From contig JBDRHK010000017.1 of assembly GCA_043816965.1 (NCBI GenBank), positions 1-16,939 on the forward strand: 16,939 bases of DNA, in the 5' to 3' direction. The position numbers and the translations under genes were made by a program. Shown one piece after another: positions 7,153 to 16,099 of the stretch; position 1 is the stretch's first letter; each line of letters starts with the position of its first letter. Under the pieces are notes generated by a model. It was not told where the DNA came from and made no database searches. It saw only the letters and a program-made list of their open reading frames with translations. This DNA is from Candidatus Iainarchaeum sp. GTDB lineage: Archaea > Iainarchaeota > Iainarchaeia > Iainarchaeales > JAFCCJ01.

Positions 7153-10100
7153 ATGGCGGATAATAAAAAACCAAAAAAAGTCCTCCTCCTGGGTTCAGGG
7201 GCGCTGAAGATAGGCCAGGCCGGTGAGTTTGATTATTCAGGGAGCCAGGCAATAAAGTCGCTGAAGGAAGAGGGGATTAAGGTTATTGTTGTTAACCCGA
7301 ATATTGCCACAGTTCAAACATCGAAGGATTTTGCTGATGAGGTTTACTTTGTCCCGGTGACACCTTACTTTGTTGAAAGGGTTATTGAGAAAGAAAAGCC
7401 TGACGGGATTCTGCTTTCTTTCGGTGGGCAAACTGCATTGAATTGCGGGCTTAAGTTGCACGACATGGGAATTTTGAAGAAAAATAATGTGAGGGTTTTG
7501 GGGACTGATGTTGAGGCAATAAGGAAAACCGAGGACAGGGAATTGTTCAACAAGGAATTGGTTGGGATAGATGTAAATGTCCCAAAGAGCTTTCCTGTGA
7601 GGAATGAAAAGGATGCGCTGGTGGCTGCAAAAAAAATTGGTTATCCTGTCCTTGTAAGGGCCGCGTTTGCGCTGGGCGGAAAAGGCTCAGGTGTTTGTGA
7701 AAATGAAAAAGAATTGAAGGATTCCTGCAAGAAGGTTTTCAGCCATTCCCCCCAAATTCTTGTTGAGGAATATCTCTGGGGATGGAAGGAAATTGAGTAT
7801 GAGGTTGTGAGGGACTCAAATGATAACTGCGTCACTGTCTGCAACATGGAAAACTTTGACCCTCTCGGGATTCACACAGGGGAGAGCATTGTAGTTGCCC
7901 CATCGCAAACTCTGGACAACCACGAGTACCATAGATTAAGGGAAATTTCGATAAAAGTAATCCGCCATTTTGGAATTATCGGGGAATGTAATATCCAGTT
8001 TGCCCTTGACCCGAAATCAGAGGATTACAGGGTTATTGAGGTTAATGCAAGGCTTTCAAGGAGCAGTGCCCTTGCATCAAAGGCGACAGGATATCCGCTT
8101 GCATTTGTGGCAAGCAAGCTTGCACTCGGGCTTTCCCTGCTGGAACTAGATAATTCAATCACCAAAAAAACAAAGGCCTGCTTTGAGCCTGCGATGGATT
8201 ATGTTGTGGTTAAAATACCGAGATGGGATTTGAATAAGTTCAGGAATGTTTCGAAGAGGATAGGTTCAGAAATGAAAAGTGTGGGGGAGGTAATGGCAAT
8301 TGGCAGGAGCTTTGAGGAGGCACTGCAAAAGGCCATAAGAATGCTTCAGATAGGAATGTATGGATTGGTCGGGAATAAAATCCGATTCAAAAAGCTTATT
8401 CACTCCCTGAAAAATCCGACAGACAAAAGGATTTTTGCAGTGGTTAATTCCCTTGCAAAGGGGGAATCTGTGGAAAGGATTTATGAACTCACAGGAATAG
8501 ACAAATGGTTCCTTTTCAAGCTTAAAAGTGTGATTGAATTAGAGAGCGAAATAAAGAAATTTGCCCCGAAAACCATTACAAAAGAGATTATGCTCAAAGC
8601 AAAACAGGCCGGCTTTTCCGATAAGCAGTTGGCAATGCTTATGGGGGAAGAGGGGGAGCTTGAGATGAGAAAAAGGAGGAAAGAGTTGGGAGTGACCCCT
8701 TCGGTAAAGCAGATTGATACCCTTGCCGCAGAATTTCCCGCAAAAACCAATTACCTCTACCTAACATATAACGGGGTCGAGCATGATGTTGAATTCAACA
8801 AAAACAAAAAGGCGATGGTTCTCGGAAGCGGGGCATATTGCATAGGCTCAAGCGTAGAGTTTGACTGGTGCTGTGTTAATGCGATTGAAGAATTGAAAAG
8901 ATCCTCCTATGAGACAATTATGGTTAACTACAACCCTGAAACAGTTTCAACAGACTATGATATTTGTGACAGGCTTTATTTTGAGGAACTGAGCCTTGAA
9001 TCAGTTGCGGATATTTATGAACTGGAAAACCCGAAAGGGATAATAATTTCCATGGGCGGGCAAATTCCCAATAACCTTGCGATGAAATGCAAAGAAACAG
9101 GAATGAATGTCCTTGGGACAAGCCCGGCCAGTATTGACAATGCCGAGGACAGGCATAAATTTTCTGCGCTTCTTGATTCACTTAAAATCGACCAGCCTGA
9201 ATGGAAAGAGCTTACCTCTGAAAAGGGCGCAATAAATTTTGCAAAAAAGGCTGGTTTCCCTGTCCTTGTAAGGCCAAGTTATGTCCTCAGTGGGGAGGCG
9301 ATGAAAGTGGCCTTTACCGATAAGGGGCTGAGAGAATATCTTGATGCAAGCGGGGCATTGTCCAACGAATTTCCGGTGGTAATCAGCAAATTCATTTTGG
9401 GGGGAAGGGAAATTGAGATTGATGCTGTCGCCAAAAACGGCAAGCTGCTTTGCTGGGCGATAAATGAGCATGTTGAAAATGCAGGCATTCATTCAGGGGA
9501 TGCGACAATGGTTCTGCCCCCGCAGCGCACCTATCTTGAAACTGTGAGGCGGATAAAGGTTATTGCAAGGAAGATTGCCGATGCCCTGAAAATTACAGGG
9601 CCATTCAATATACAATTCATCGCAAAGGACAATGAGGTAAAGGTTATTGAGTGCAATTTAAGGGCCTCAAGGTCATTTCCCTTTATTTCGAAAGTTACTG
9701 GGAGCAATTTCATTGCCAGGGCAACAGCAGCGATTTTGGGAAATAAGGATGACGGGAATTCAGTAAATGCCCTTGACCTGGATCATGTTGGGGTTAAGGC
9801 TCCGCAGTTTTCTTTTTCCAGGCTGAGGGGGGCAGATCCTATCTCAGGGGTTGAGATGGCATCAACAGGGGAGGTGGGGTGTATTGGCAGGGATGTTGAT
9901 GATGCTTTTCTTAAGGCCCTTCTTTCAACAGGTTTCAGCATACCTAAAAAGAATATTTTTGTCAGTGTTAATGGTGATGAGGACAGGTTCAGGCTCCTTA
10001 AGAACATAAGGAAGCTCTCTCTCAAGGGATATAATTTCTTTGGAACAGAACACACTGTTGAATTCTTCAAGCAGCAGGGGATTGAGTTCAGGAAAGTCCA

Positions 10101-10353
10101 CAAATTGCAGGATAGGAAAAAGCCCAATATTCGCGATTATTTGTCCAAAAAGGCGCTTGATTTGGTGATAATTGTGCCAGACCCATCCAAACAGATTGAG
10201 ATTGATGTAGAATATGAGCTGAGAAGGATGGCAGTTGATTATTCAATCCCACTCATAACTAATATCCAACTGGCAAAGCTCTTTCTTGCGGCGATCATAA
10301 AAAAGCAGCTCTCGGATTTGGAAGTTGAGCCCTATAGCGCTTATTTCGAATAG
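7153..10353 (+). CDS. carB: Carbamoyl-phosphate synthase large subunit
   Basis: GSGALKIGQAGEFDYSG, NPNIATVQT, FGGQTALN, two ATP-grasp halves (HTGES/EVNARLSRSS and HSGDA/ECNLRASRS), TVSTDYD, EMASTGEV and a C-terminal MGS-like domain (LRRMAVDYSIPLITN). Full length, 1066 aa. Confidence 0.98.
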   Translation: MADNKKPKKVLLLGSGALKIGQAGEFDYSGSQAIKSLKEEGIKVIVVNPNIATVQTSKDFADEVYFVPVTPYFVERVIEKEKPDGILLSFGGQTALNCGLKLHDMGILKKNNVRVLGTDVEAIRKTEDRELFNKELVGIDVNVPKSFPVRNEKDALVAAKKIGYPVLVRAAFALGGKGSGVCENEKELKDSCKKVFSHSPQILVEEYLWGWKEIEYEVVRDSNDNCVTVCNMENFDPLGIHTGESIVVAPSQTLDNHEYHRLREISIKVIRHFGIIGECNIQFALDPKSEDYRVIEVNARLSRSSALASKATGYPLAFVASKLALGLSLLELDNSITKKTKACFEPAMDYVVVKIPRWDLNKFRNVSKRIGSEMKSVGEVMAIGRSFEEALQKAIRMLQIGMYGLVGNKIRFKKLIHSLKNPTDKRIFAVVNSLAKGESVERIYELTGIDKWFLFKLKSVIELESEIKKFAPKTITKEIMLKAKQAGFSDKQLAMLMGEEGELEMRKRRKELGVTPSVKQIDTLAAEFPAKTNYLYLTYNGVEHDVEFNKNKKAMVLGSGAYCIGSSVEFDWCCVNAIEELKRSSYETIMVNYNPETVSTDYDICDRLYFEELSLESVADIYELENPKGIIISMGGQIPNNLAMKCKETGMNVLGTSPASIDNAEDRHKFSALLDSLKIDQPEWKELTSEKGAINFAKKAGFPVLVRPSYVLSGEAMKVAFTDKGLREYLDASGALSNEFPVVISKFILGGREIEIDAVAKNGKLLCWAINEHVENAGIHSGDATMVLPPQRTYLETVRRIKVIARKIADALKITGPFNIQFIAKDNEVKVIECNLRASRSFPFISKVTGSNFIARATAAILGNKDDGNSVNALDLDHVGVKAPQFSFSRLRGADPISGVEMASTGEVGCIGRDVDDAFLKALLSTGFSIPKKNIFVSVNGDEDRFRLLKNIRKLSLKGYNFFGTEHTVEFFKQQGIEFRKVHKLQDRKKPNIRDYLSKKALDLVIIVPDPSKQIEIDVEYELRRMAVDYSIPLITNIQLAKLFLAAIIKKQLSDLEVEPYSAYFE

Positions 10354-10362
10354 TTTTTAAAT
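10354..10362 (+). promoter_or_regulatory. T-tract / TTTTTAAAT element: possible carB terminator and TATA box for the next gene
   Basis: Directly follows the carB TAG, has the same TTTTTAAAT core as 4833-4841, and starts 40 nt before ATG 10394. Confidence 0.35.
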
Positions 10363-10393
10363 TAAACACCCCAAAATAATCTTAAGTGGTTCA

Positions 10394-11047
10394 ATGGAAA
10401 CAAAATATCTGATTGCATTTACAGGAATTGGGGTAATATTAATCGTGCTTTTTATTGTTATATTTCTCCTAATAGGCGTGGTTGGATTTTTGGTTCTTAC
10501 TTCCCCTGCTGAAGTGCAGACCCCAGTAGCCCCCTCTAATGGTGGATCAACAGTAAGTGTGGTTGATGATGATTTTACAATTGATGGCGATTCCGCAACT
10601 TTGGATAATGGCATAGATGTTACGCCAGAGCCCGAACCAGACCCTGAGCCTGAACCAGAGCCTGAACCAGACCCTGCAACAGAGGAGGCTGATTTAAGGA
10701 TAATAAACCAGACCATTCTTTACTGCGTAAACACCAAATGGGGCGGGAGCAATGTTAAGGGAACAGTCCTTAAGAGCATTTACCTCAAGAACAACGGTGA
10801 TGTGGATTATTTAATTGACGGCAAGATTTCTGCCACCACCAATACTGATGGCATGGAAGATAGTTTCACAGGCTTTAACTACACAGGAACCATAGCGCCA
10901 GGCAGCAGTGAATGGATAGTATTTACCCAGCAGGAGAAATCCCTTTATTTGGGCACCGACCCTGCAGATGTTGAGCTTACAATAAACCTGCCAAACAACA
11001 AATACGTGGTCAAGGATTTCGTAATCAATCCCACAAGCTGCCCATAA
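10394..11047 (+). CDS. Hypothetical N-terminally membrane-anchored surface protein with acidic Pro-Glu linker and beta-rich (CARDB/Ig-like?) C-terminal domain
   Basis: A hydrophobic stretch at about aa 6-34, then an S/T/D-rich linker and PEPEPDPEPEPEPEPDP. The C-terminal part has ADLRI...LKNNG...GTIAPGSSE, two Cys and the sequons NQT and NYT. Confidence 0.75.
   Translation: METKYLIAFTGIGVILIVLFIVIFLLIGVVGFLVLTSPAEVQTPVAPSNGGSTVSVVDDDFTIDGDSATLDNGIDVTPEPEPDPEPEPEPEPDPATEEADLRIINQTILYCVNTKWGGSNVKGTVLKSIYLKNNGDVDYLIDGKISATTNTDGMEDSFTGFNYTGTIAPGSSEWIVFTQQEKSLYLGTDPADVELTINLPNNKYVVKDFVINPTSCP
10625..10676 (+). repeat. Coding hexamer tandem repeat (CCNGAN)x8 encoding (PE/PD)n
   Basis: ccagag cccgaa ccagac cctgag cctgaa ccagag cctgaa ccagac. 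Includes a 22-bp direct repeat (10625-10646 vs 10655-10676) with one mismatch. Confidence 0.9.
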
Positions 11048-11050
11048 AAT

Positions 11051-11899
11051 TCAGCCAAAATCATTTAATTTATTCAGCAGGTTGTCGCTTTGTTTTCCAA
11101 GTTTCTTTGTGTAATCTCCGAAGTAGGCAGACTCTTTAAAATATTTTACAAACGCTTTCTTGTCCTTTCTCTTAATTATTGCTTCAAGATCATTTGCTGA
11201 TTTTCTTAACTGCCTTACAACTTTCAAGGTATCCTTGTTCTGGATAAGTATTTCGGCATAAAGCTCCGGGTCCTGGACCATTATCCTTCCAAGGAGAAGC
11301 ATTCTCGCCTTGTAGATTGGTGAGGCAAAGGCAATCATTTCATTGAAATCAAAATCCAGTTTTTTTAGTGCATTCTCAAATGAGATTGTCCAGAAGTGGG
11401 TGCTGCCCTGGATTATCGCCATCATTTCATCATGTTTGCTTGCGCTAACAACCTTAACATGCGCCCTCTTTTTTTGCATTAATTTTTTCATCCAGTTAAA
11501 CCATTTTCTGCCTCTTCCAGGACAAAGCACGACTGCCTGGTCCTTAATGTTTAAGACACTCGGGCCAAAAACAGGGTGCATGCCAAAAACCTCGACATCT
11601 TTTGGGGCGTGCTTCAGCATCGCATTCAAGGGCGCTTCTTTTATGGAGGTGAAATCAGTAATAGCCTGGCCTTTTTTGGCAAATTTTGCGTATTTTTTGA
11701 TTAAATCAACAGTTATGCCAATCGGAACTGAGAAAATTATGATGTCACTTTTTTCAATAAGTTCCCTGTGCCTTAACTTAGTTTTTTTTCCGCATATCAA
11801 AACCCCGCAACCGTTTTTCTCGAAGAATTTCCTGAACCATTTTCCCATTTTGCCGGTTCCACCTATGATTCCAATAACTGTTTTATTATTTGATTTCAT
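11051..11899 (-). CDS. tyrA: Prephenate/arogenate dehydrogenase (TyrA family, stand-alone)
   Basis: IGIIGGTGKMG Rossmann motif, IFSVPI, DFTSIK, GMHPVFGP, HDEMMAIIQGSTHF and QDPELYAEI. ATGA overlap with aroC. Confidence 0.93.
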   Translation of the reverse strand: MKSNNKTVIGIIGGTGKMGKWFRKFFEKNGCGVLICGKKTKLRHRELIEKSDIIIFSVPIGITVDLIKKYAKFAKKGQAITDFTSIKEAPLNAMLKHAPKDVEVFGMHPVFGPSVLNIKDQAVVLCPGRGRKWFNWMKKLMQKKRAHVKVVSASKHDEMMAIIQGSTHFWTISFENALKKLDFDFNEMIAFASPIYKARMLLLGRIMVQDPELYAEILIQNKDTLKVVRQLRKSANDLEAIIKRKDKKAFVKYFKESAYFGDYTKKLGKQSDNLLNKLNDFG

Positions 11900-12972
11900 T
11901 TTTGCTTCCTCTTCCTAGTTTTCTGCCTCTCCAACGCATCAGCAAGTACCAATGCAATCATCGCCTCGGCGACAGGGACAACACGCGGCACTATGCAGGG
12001 GTCATGCCTTCCCAAAACGCGGATTTTCCTGTTCTTTCCATTTTCATCGATAGTCTTCTGCTTCAGGGAAATTGAGGGAGTGGGCTTAACCGCAATTCGC
12101 ACAATAATATCTTGGCCTGTGCTTATTCCTCCAAGAATTCCGCCGGCATTATTCGAAAGAAATTTCGCCTTTCCTTTAATACCCCTTATTTGATCATTAT
12201 CCTGGGAGCCATTCATATTCGCTGCCTCGAACCCCGCCCCAATCTCAACCCCCTTTACGGCAGGAATGCCCATCAATGCCCCTGCCAATTCAGCATCCAG
12301 CTTCCCAAATACAGGCTCCCCTAAACCAACAGGGACGCCCTTTGCAATAATCTCAACAATCCCCCCGACAGAATCGCCCCTTTTCTGCGCGGAAAGTATT
12401 TTCTGCTCCATTTTCTTCGCGGCTTTTTTATCTGCACATCTCACAGGATTCTTCTCAATATCTTTCACATTAAATTTTCTTGCTTTAATTCCGGCAATTT
12501 CAATCGCATGGCCGATGATTTTAATTTTACTCTTCCCGAGAATCTTTTTTGCGACAGCGCCTGCAGCAACCCTTGCCGCTGTCTCTCTCCCTGAAGCCCT
12601 TCCCCCGCCACGGTAATCCCTGATGCCAAATTTCTTTAAATAAGTGTAGCCTGCATGCCCTGGCCTGAAAATATTCTTCAGTTTTTCATAATCTTTTGAT
12701 TTAACGTCCCTGTTTCTAATTAGTAAGCATATAGGCGTGCCCAAAGTTTTCCCCTTAAAAATCCCTGAAAGAATCTCTACCTTGTCCTTCTCCCTGCGCT
12801 GGGTGCTGACCCTGCTCTGCCCAGGCCTTCTCCGGTCAAGCTCTTTTTGGATGTCGCTTTCACTAATTTTTAATCCGGCCTTAACCCCATCAATAACCAC
12901 TCCAATAGCCTTTCCATGGCTCTCCCCAAATGTAACAATTTTGAACATTTTTCCCAATGAACTTCCTGACAT
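11896..12972 (-). CDS. aroC: Chorismate synthase
   Basis: TFGESHG, RRRPGQS, RPGHA, RGGGRASGRETAARVAAG, NNAGGILGGISTG, KPTPSI and GRHDPC. Start moved to ATG 12972 (MSGSSLG) because GGTGA lies 4 nt upstream and homologues begin there. Confidence 0.97.
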   Translation of the reverse strand: MSGSSLGKMFKIVTFGESHGKAIGVVIDGVKAGLKISESDIQKELDRRRPGQSRVSTQRREKDKVEILSGIFKGKTLGTPICLLIRNRDVKSKDYEKLKNIFRPGHAGYTYLKKFGIRDYRGGGRASGRETAARVAAGAVAKKILGKSKIKIIGHAIEIAGIKARKFNVKDIEKNPVRCADKKAAKKMEQKILSAQKRGDSVGGIVEIIAKGVPVGLGEPVFGKLDAELAGALMGIPAVKGVEIGAGFEAANMNGSQDNDQIRGIKGKAKFLSNNAGGILGGISTGQDIIVRIAVKPTPSISLKQKTIDENGKNRKIRVLGRHDPCIVPRVVPVAEAMIALVLADALERQKTRKRKQK

Positions 12973-12976
12973 TTTT

Positions 12977-13798
12977 TCACCCTTTTCCCAGTGCATTGAG
13001 GACTGCCTTCCTCATAACTTCTTTGGGCGCCTTTCTCCCTGTCCAAAGACCAAATGATTCCACTCCCTGATTGATAAGCATCTCAATTCCATTAATGGTT
13101 TTGCACCCCTTTTTCTTCGCCAGTTTAAGGAGTTTGGTTTCAACAGGGTCATAGACAATATCAAAAACCACCAGGCCTTTTATTAACATTTCTTTTGGAA
13201 CCGGAAGTTTTTTCTCATTTGGTTTCATCCCCATAGGGGTTGCATTAATCAGAATATCCGGCTTTAATCCTGAAAGGGTTTCCATTGAAGTGTATCTGCA
13301 GCCTATCAACTTTGCAAGTTTCCTTGCCTTGCCTGAATTCCTGTCAGCAATTGTCAAATGAGCCTTTTCTTTCTTGAGCATAAAAGCTATGGATTTCCCT
13401 GCACCGCCTGCACCAATTAAGATGGCTTTTTTGCCCTTTAATTTGGTTTTTTCTTTCAATGAAGCAACCGCGCCCACACCATCAGTGTTATAACCAATTA
13501 ATTTTCCGTTCTTCACGGCAATTGTGTTCACTGCGCCTATTTTCTTTGCTGTTGCATCAACCTTATCTAGAAGGGGGATTATTTCTGCCTTAAATGGCAT
13601 GGTTACATTCAAACCGAGAAAATTAAGTTCACTTATCGCGGCAACTGCTTTTCCCAAGTTATTAACTTTGAAAGCGACATATTTGCAGTTAATCCCAAGT
13701 TTCTCAAATGCGGCATTGTGCATTTCAGGGCTCAGGGAATGTTCAACAGGATTCCCAATCAATGCAGCAATTTGTGTTTTCGCATTTATTCTGCTCAT
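12977..13798 (-). CDS. aroE: Shikimate dehydrogenase
   Basis: GNPVEHSLSPEMHN, NVTMPFK, GAVNT, NTDG, GAGGAG, NATPMGM, DIVY.P and G..MLINQG. Confidence 0.95.
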   Translation of the reverse strand: MSRINAKTQIAALIGNPVEHSLSPEMHNAAFEKLGINCKYVAFKVNNLGKAVAAISELNFLGLNVTMPFKAEIIPLLDKVDATAKKIGAVNTIAVKNGKLIGYNTDGVGAVASLKEKTKLKGKKAILIGAGGAGKSIAFMLKKEKAHLTIADRNSGKARKLAKLIGCRYTSMETLSGLKPDILINATPMGMKPNEKKLPVPKEMLIKGLVVFDIVYDPVETKLLKLAKKKGCKTINGIEMLINQGVESFGLWTGRKAPKEVMRKAVLNALGKG

Positions 13799-14475
13799 AG
13801 CATCACACTCAGACCCTTGTATATCTTATTTAACTCATCCACAGTAAGCTGCCCTTCTGCAGATTCCTTTCCCCTCTCAAGAGAGCCAAAAGTGAGATAG
13901 GAGCCAAAAGGCACAGAAAGAATTCTTGAATCTTTACCGTAAATCCCCATTGCAAAAGAAATGATATTGGTCTTTTTCTTTTTCGCCTGCCTGAGAAATT
14001 CAAGTATCGACATACTGTCATCCATGAAGTTTGCGGTTGTAACAATCTTAAAAATCTCTGCCCCTTTCACCTTTTTCATTTTCGCAAGCAGGCTATTCAA
14101 ATCTTTTATTGGCGGTGTTGATTTCATATTGTGGTGGGAAAGAATAACCCTTGTTTTCTTTCCCGCAGTTTTAATAAGGGAATTCAGGCTCTTTTTCGGA
14201 ATTGAAAATTCCAGGTCAATGTAATCCGGATTGAACACGAGTGCCTTTTTCAGCAGCGAAATCCTGCTGCTTTCAGTTCCGGAGAATTTGCCGCCCTCGC
14301 TTTTTTTCCTCACAGTCACAATAACCGGTTTTTTTGCCTGTTTAATCAGCCCCTCAACATCTGGCTTGCTGATTAAATCCAGCCTGAGCTCAATGAAATC
14401 CGCGACTTTGTTTGCCTCTACAATATCCCCTAGTGCCGCAGAATTGGTTTTTGCAACTATGGGAACACAAATCAT
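13795..14475 (-). CDS. aroD: Type I 3-dehydroquinate dehydratase
   Basis: ICVPI, IELRLD, IVTVR...EGG, YIDLE, LSHHN, Schiff-base Lys in FKIVT, AMG..G..SRI and SAEGQL. Confidence 0.93.
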   Translation of the reverse strand: MICVPIVAKTNSAALGDIVEANKVADFIELRLDLISKPDVEGLIKQAKKPVIVTVRKKSEGGKFSGTESSRISLLKKALVFNPDYIDLEFSIPKKSLNSLIKTAGKKTRVILSHHNMKSTPPIKDLNSLLAKMKKVKGAEIFKIVTTANFMDDSMSILEFLRQAKKKKTNIISFAMGIYGKDSRILSVPFGSYLTFGSLERGKESAEGQLTVDELNKIYKGLSVML

Positions 14476-15584
14476 TTTCTCGCCTCGCTCAAAGCGCCTG
14501 AAATAATTTCCCTTGGAACATCAAGGGCATAATCACCTTTAATCGAATGCATTTTGCCAATTCTTTTGGGAAGTACAAATTTTGCCACGCCATTTCTTGC
14601 CTTTTTGTCCTTTTTCAACTCCCCCAAAATCCTTGCATTTGAAATATTTTTTGGAATTTTAGTTGGCAAGCCTATCCTCTCAAGCAGTAGCCTCTGCCTT
14701 TCAACATCCCCTGAATTCATCAAACCCATTTTTTCCGAAATAAGGGCCGCGGCATTCATCCCGATTGCTATCGCTTCCCCATGGGAATACTTCCTGTAAT
14801 TGGTGAGAACCTCCAGCGCATGCCCTATTGTATGGCCGTAATTCACAGTCTTTCTCAAATTTTCCTCCAGTTCATCCTTCTCAACAATTCTTCCCTTTAT
14901 TTCGCAGTTTCTTTTAATAACCCTGCCTAAAATTTTAATATCTTTCCCCATAATCCCATTCACGTTTCTTTCAAGATAGGAAAATAATTTCTTATCAGCC
15001 ATAACTGAGTGCTTCACCACCTCAGCCATGCCATTTCTCATTTCCCTTTCAGGCAAACTCTTGAGCGCATTGAGATGAATGTAGACAGCTTCAGGCTGCC
15101 TAAATGCCCCTGAGGAATTCTTTCCTGAGGGGAGGTCCACGCCAACCTTGCCCCCGACACTTGAGTCAACCATTGCAAGAAGTGTTGTGGGGAGCTGGAT
15201 AAATGGAATGCCCCGCATATAGCTTGCGGCCGCAAAACCTGCAACATCCCCTGCAACGCCCCCGCCAAGGGCAATAACTGCCGATTTCCTGTCAAGGCCA
15301 TTTGCAAGCATCCTCTCCTGGATGGATCCAATTGTTTTCAGCCTCTTGTTCCTCTCTCCTGCAGGAAAATCAATTATGCAGGCATCCAGCCTCTTGTGTT
15401 TCAAATTTTTCATTAGTTGCTTCCCGAAAATCCTCTTCACATTGCTATCGGTAATCACGGCATACCGGTTCCCAATACTTTTCTTTTTCAAATCCCCTGC
15501 AATTTTACTGAAGGCATTGTTTTCAATGTAAATATTGTATGAATTGTCCTGCCTTTTCCGAAGGTTTACTTTTATTCCATTCAT
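14472..15584 (-). CDS. aroB: 3-dehydroquinate synthase (canonical, DAHP-cyclising)
   Basis: GE..K, ALGGGVAGDVAGFAAASYMRGI, PTTLLAMVDSSVGGK, AEVVKH, NYGHTIGHALE, HGEAIAIGM and DKK. Confidence 0.96.
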   Translation of the reverse strand: MNGIKVNLRKRQDNSYNIYIENNAFSKIAGDLKKKSIGNRYAVITDSNVKRIFGKQLMKNLKHKRLDACIIDFPAGERNKRLKTIGSIQERMLANGLDRKSAVIALGGGVAGDVAGFAAASYMRGIPFIQLPTTLLAMVDSSVGGKVGVDLPSGKNSSGAFRQPEAVYIHLNALKSLPEREMRNGMAEVVKHSVMADKKLFSYLERNVNGIMGKDIKILGRVIKRNCEIKGRIVEKDELEENLRKTVNYGHTIGHALEVLTNYRKYSHGEAIAIGMNAAALISEKMGLMNSGDVERQRLLLERIGLPTKIPKNISNARILGELKKDKKARNGVAKFVLPKRIGKMHSIKGDYALDVPREIISGALSEARK

Positions 15585-16099
15585 TCAATCGCCTTTTCCT
15601 TTTTCAGAATTTCAATAATCTGCCCAACATTTTCCCTTATTGAAAAATTCCCTGCATCAACCCTGTGGTCGGCCGCTTTTTCATAGTTCCCTTTCCTCTC
15701 AGCCAAAACATGCCTGATTTCCTCAAACTCATCCTTATCAGTTAGTGCAGGCCTGTTGCTGTCCCCTCTTATCCTGGCATATATTTTCTCCGGCGGGGCT
15801 TCCAGAAGAATAACGACCCCACTCTTTTTAAGCTTTTCAATGTTATCTTCCCGCAGAATAATCCCCCCGCCGCAGCCGACAACCAAACCATCTCTTGCGG
15901 CAATCTCGGACAATACTGCTGATTCAATATCTCTGAATTTTTCCTCCCCGTCCTGCCCAAAAATTTCAGGAATTTTCTTTCCTGCCCTTTCAACGATTAA
16001 ATCATCGGTGTCAATAAATTCCTTTCCCAAGGCCTTTGCAAGCTCATTGCCGACATGGGTTTTTCCTGTACCCCTGTATCCTATAATGTAAATGTTCAT
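15581..16099 (-). CDS. aroK: Shikimate kinase, P-loop (AroK/AroL) type
   Basis: Walker A GYRGTGKT, FIDTD, GE..FR..E, GCGGG and RP.L lid motif. GGTGA lies 4 nt upstream of the ATG. Confidence 0.94.
   Translation of the reverse strand: MNIYIIGYRGTGKTHVGNELAKALGKEFIDTDDLIVERAGKKIPEIFGQDGEEKFRDIESAVLSEIAARDGLVVGCGGGIILREDNIEKLKKSGVVILLEAPPEKIYARIRGDSNRPALTDKDEFEEIRHVLAERKGNYEKAADHRVDAGNFSIRENVGQIIEILKKEKAIE

Noticed and set aside
8836..8844. CarB YCIGSS instead of the more usual YRIGSS
   Set aside because: This position varies among active CPS enzymes (His in mammalian CPS1) and all other motifs are intact, so it is not evidence of inactivation.
10625..10676. 22-bp direct repeat as a mini-CRISPR or insertion scar
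   Set aside because: Only two copies 8 nt apart, within a coding hexamer repeat with synonymous variation, and no cas or transposase gene nearby.
10357..10716. Minus-strand ORF with a GSGSGS repeat
   Set aside because: Antisense shadow of the Pro-Glu repeat. The plus-strand ORF has a coherent anchor-linker-domain layout.
11343..11918. 191-aa plus-strand ORF, and the many other 60-150 aa antisense or alternate-frame ORFs
   Set aside because: They lie opposite or inside well-conserved genes, have F/S/L/I-rich shadow composition and show no recognisable motif.
12973..12996. ORF-track N-terminal extension of AroC (MHWEKGEK)
   Set aside because: It overlaps the aroE end. The RBS position and family N-terminus support ATG 12972.
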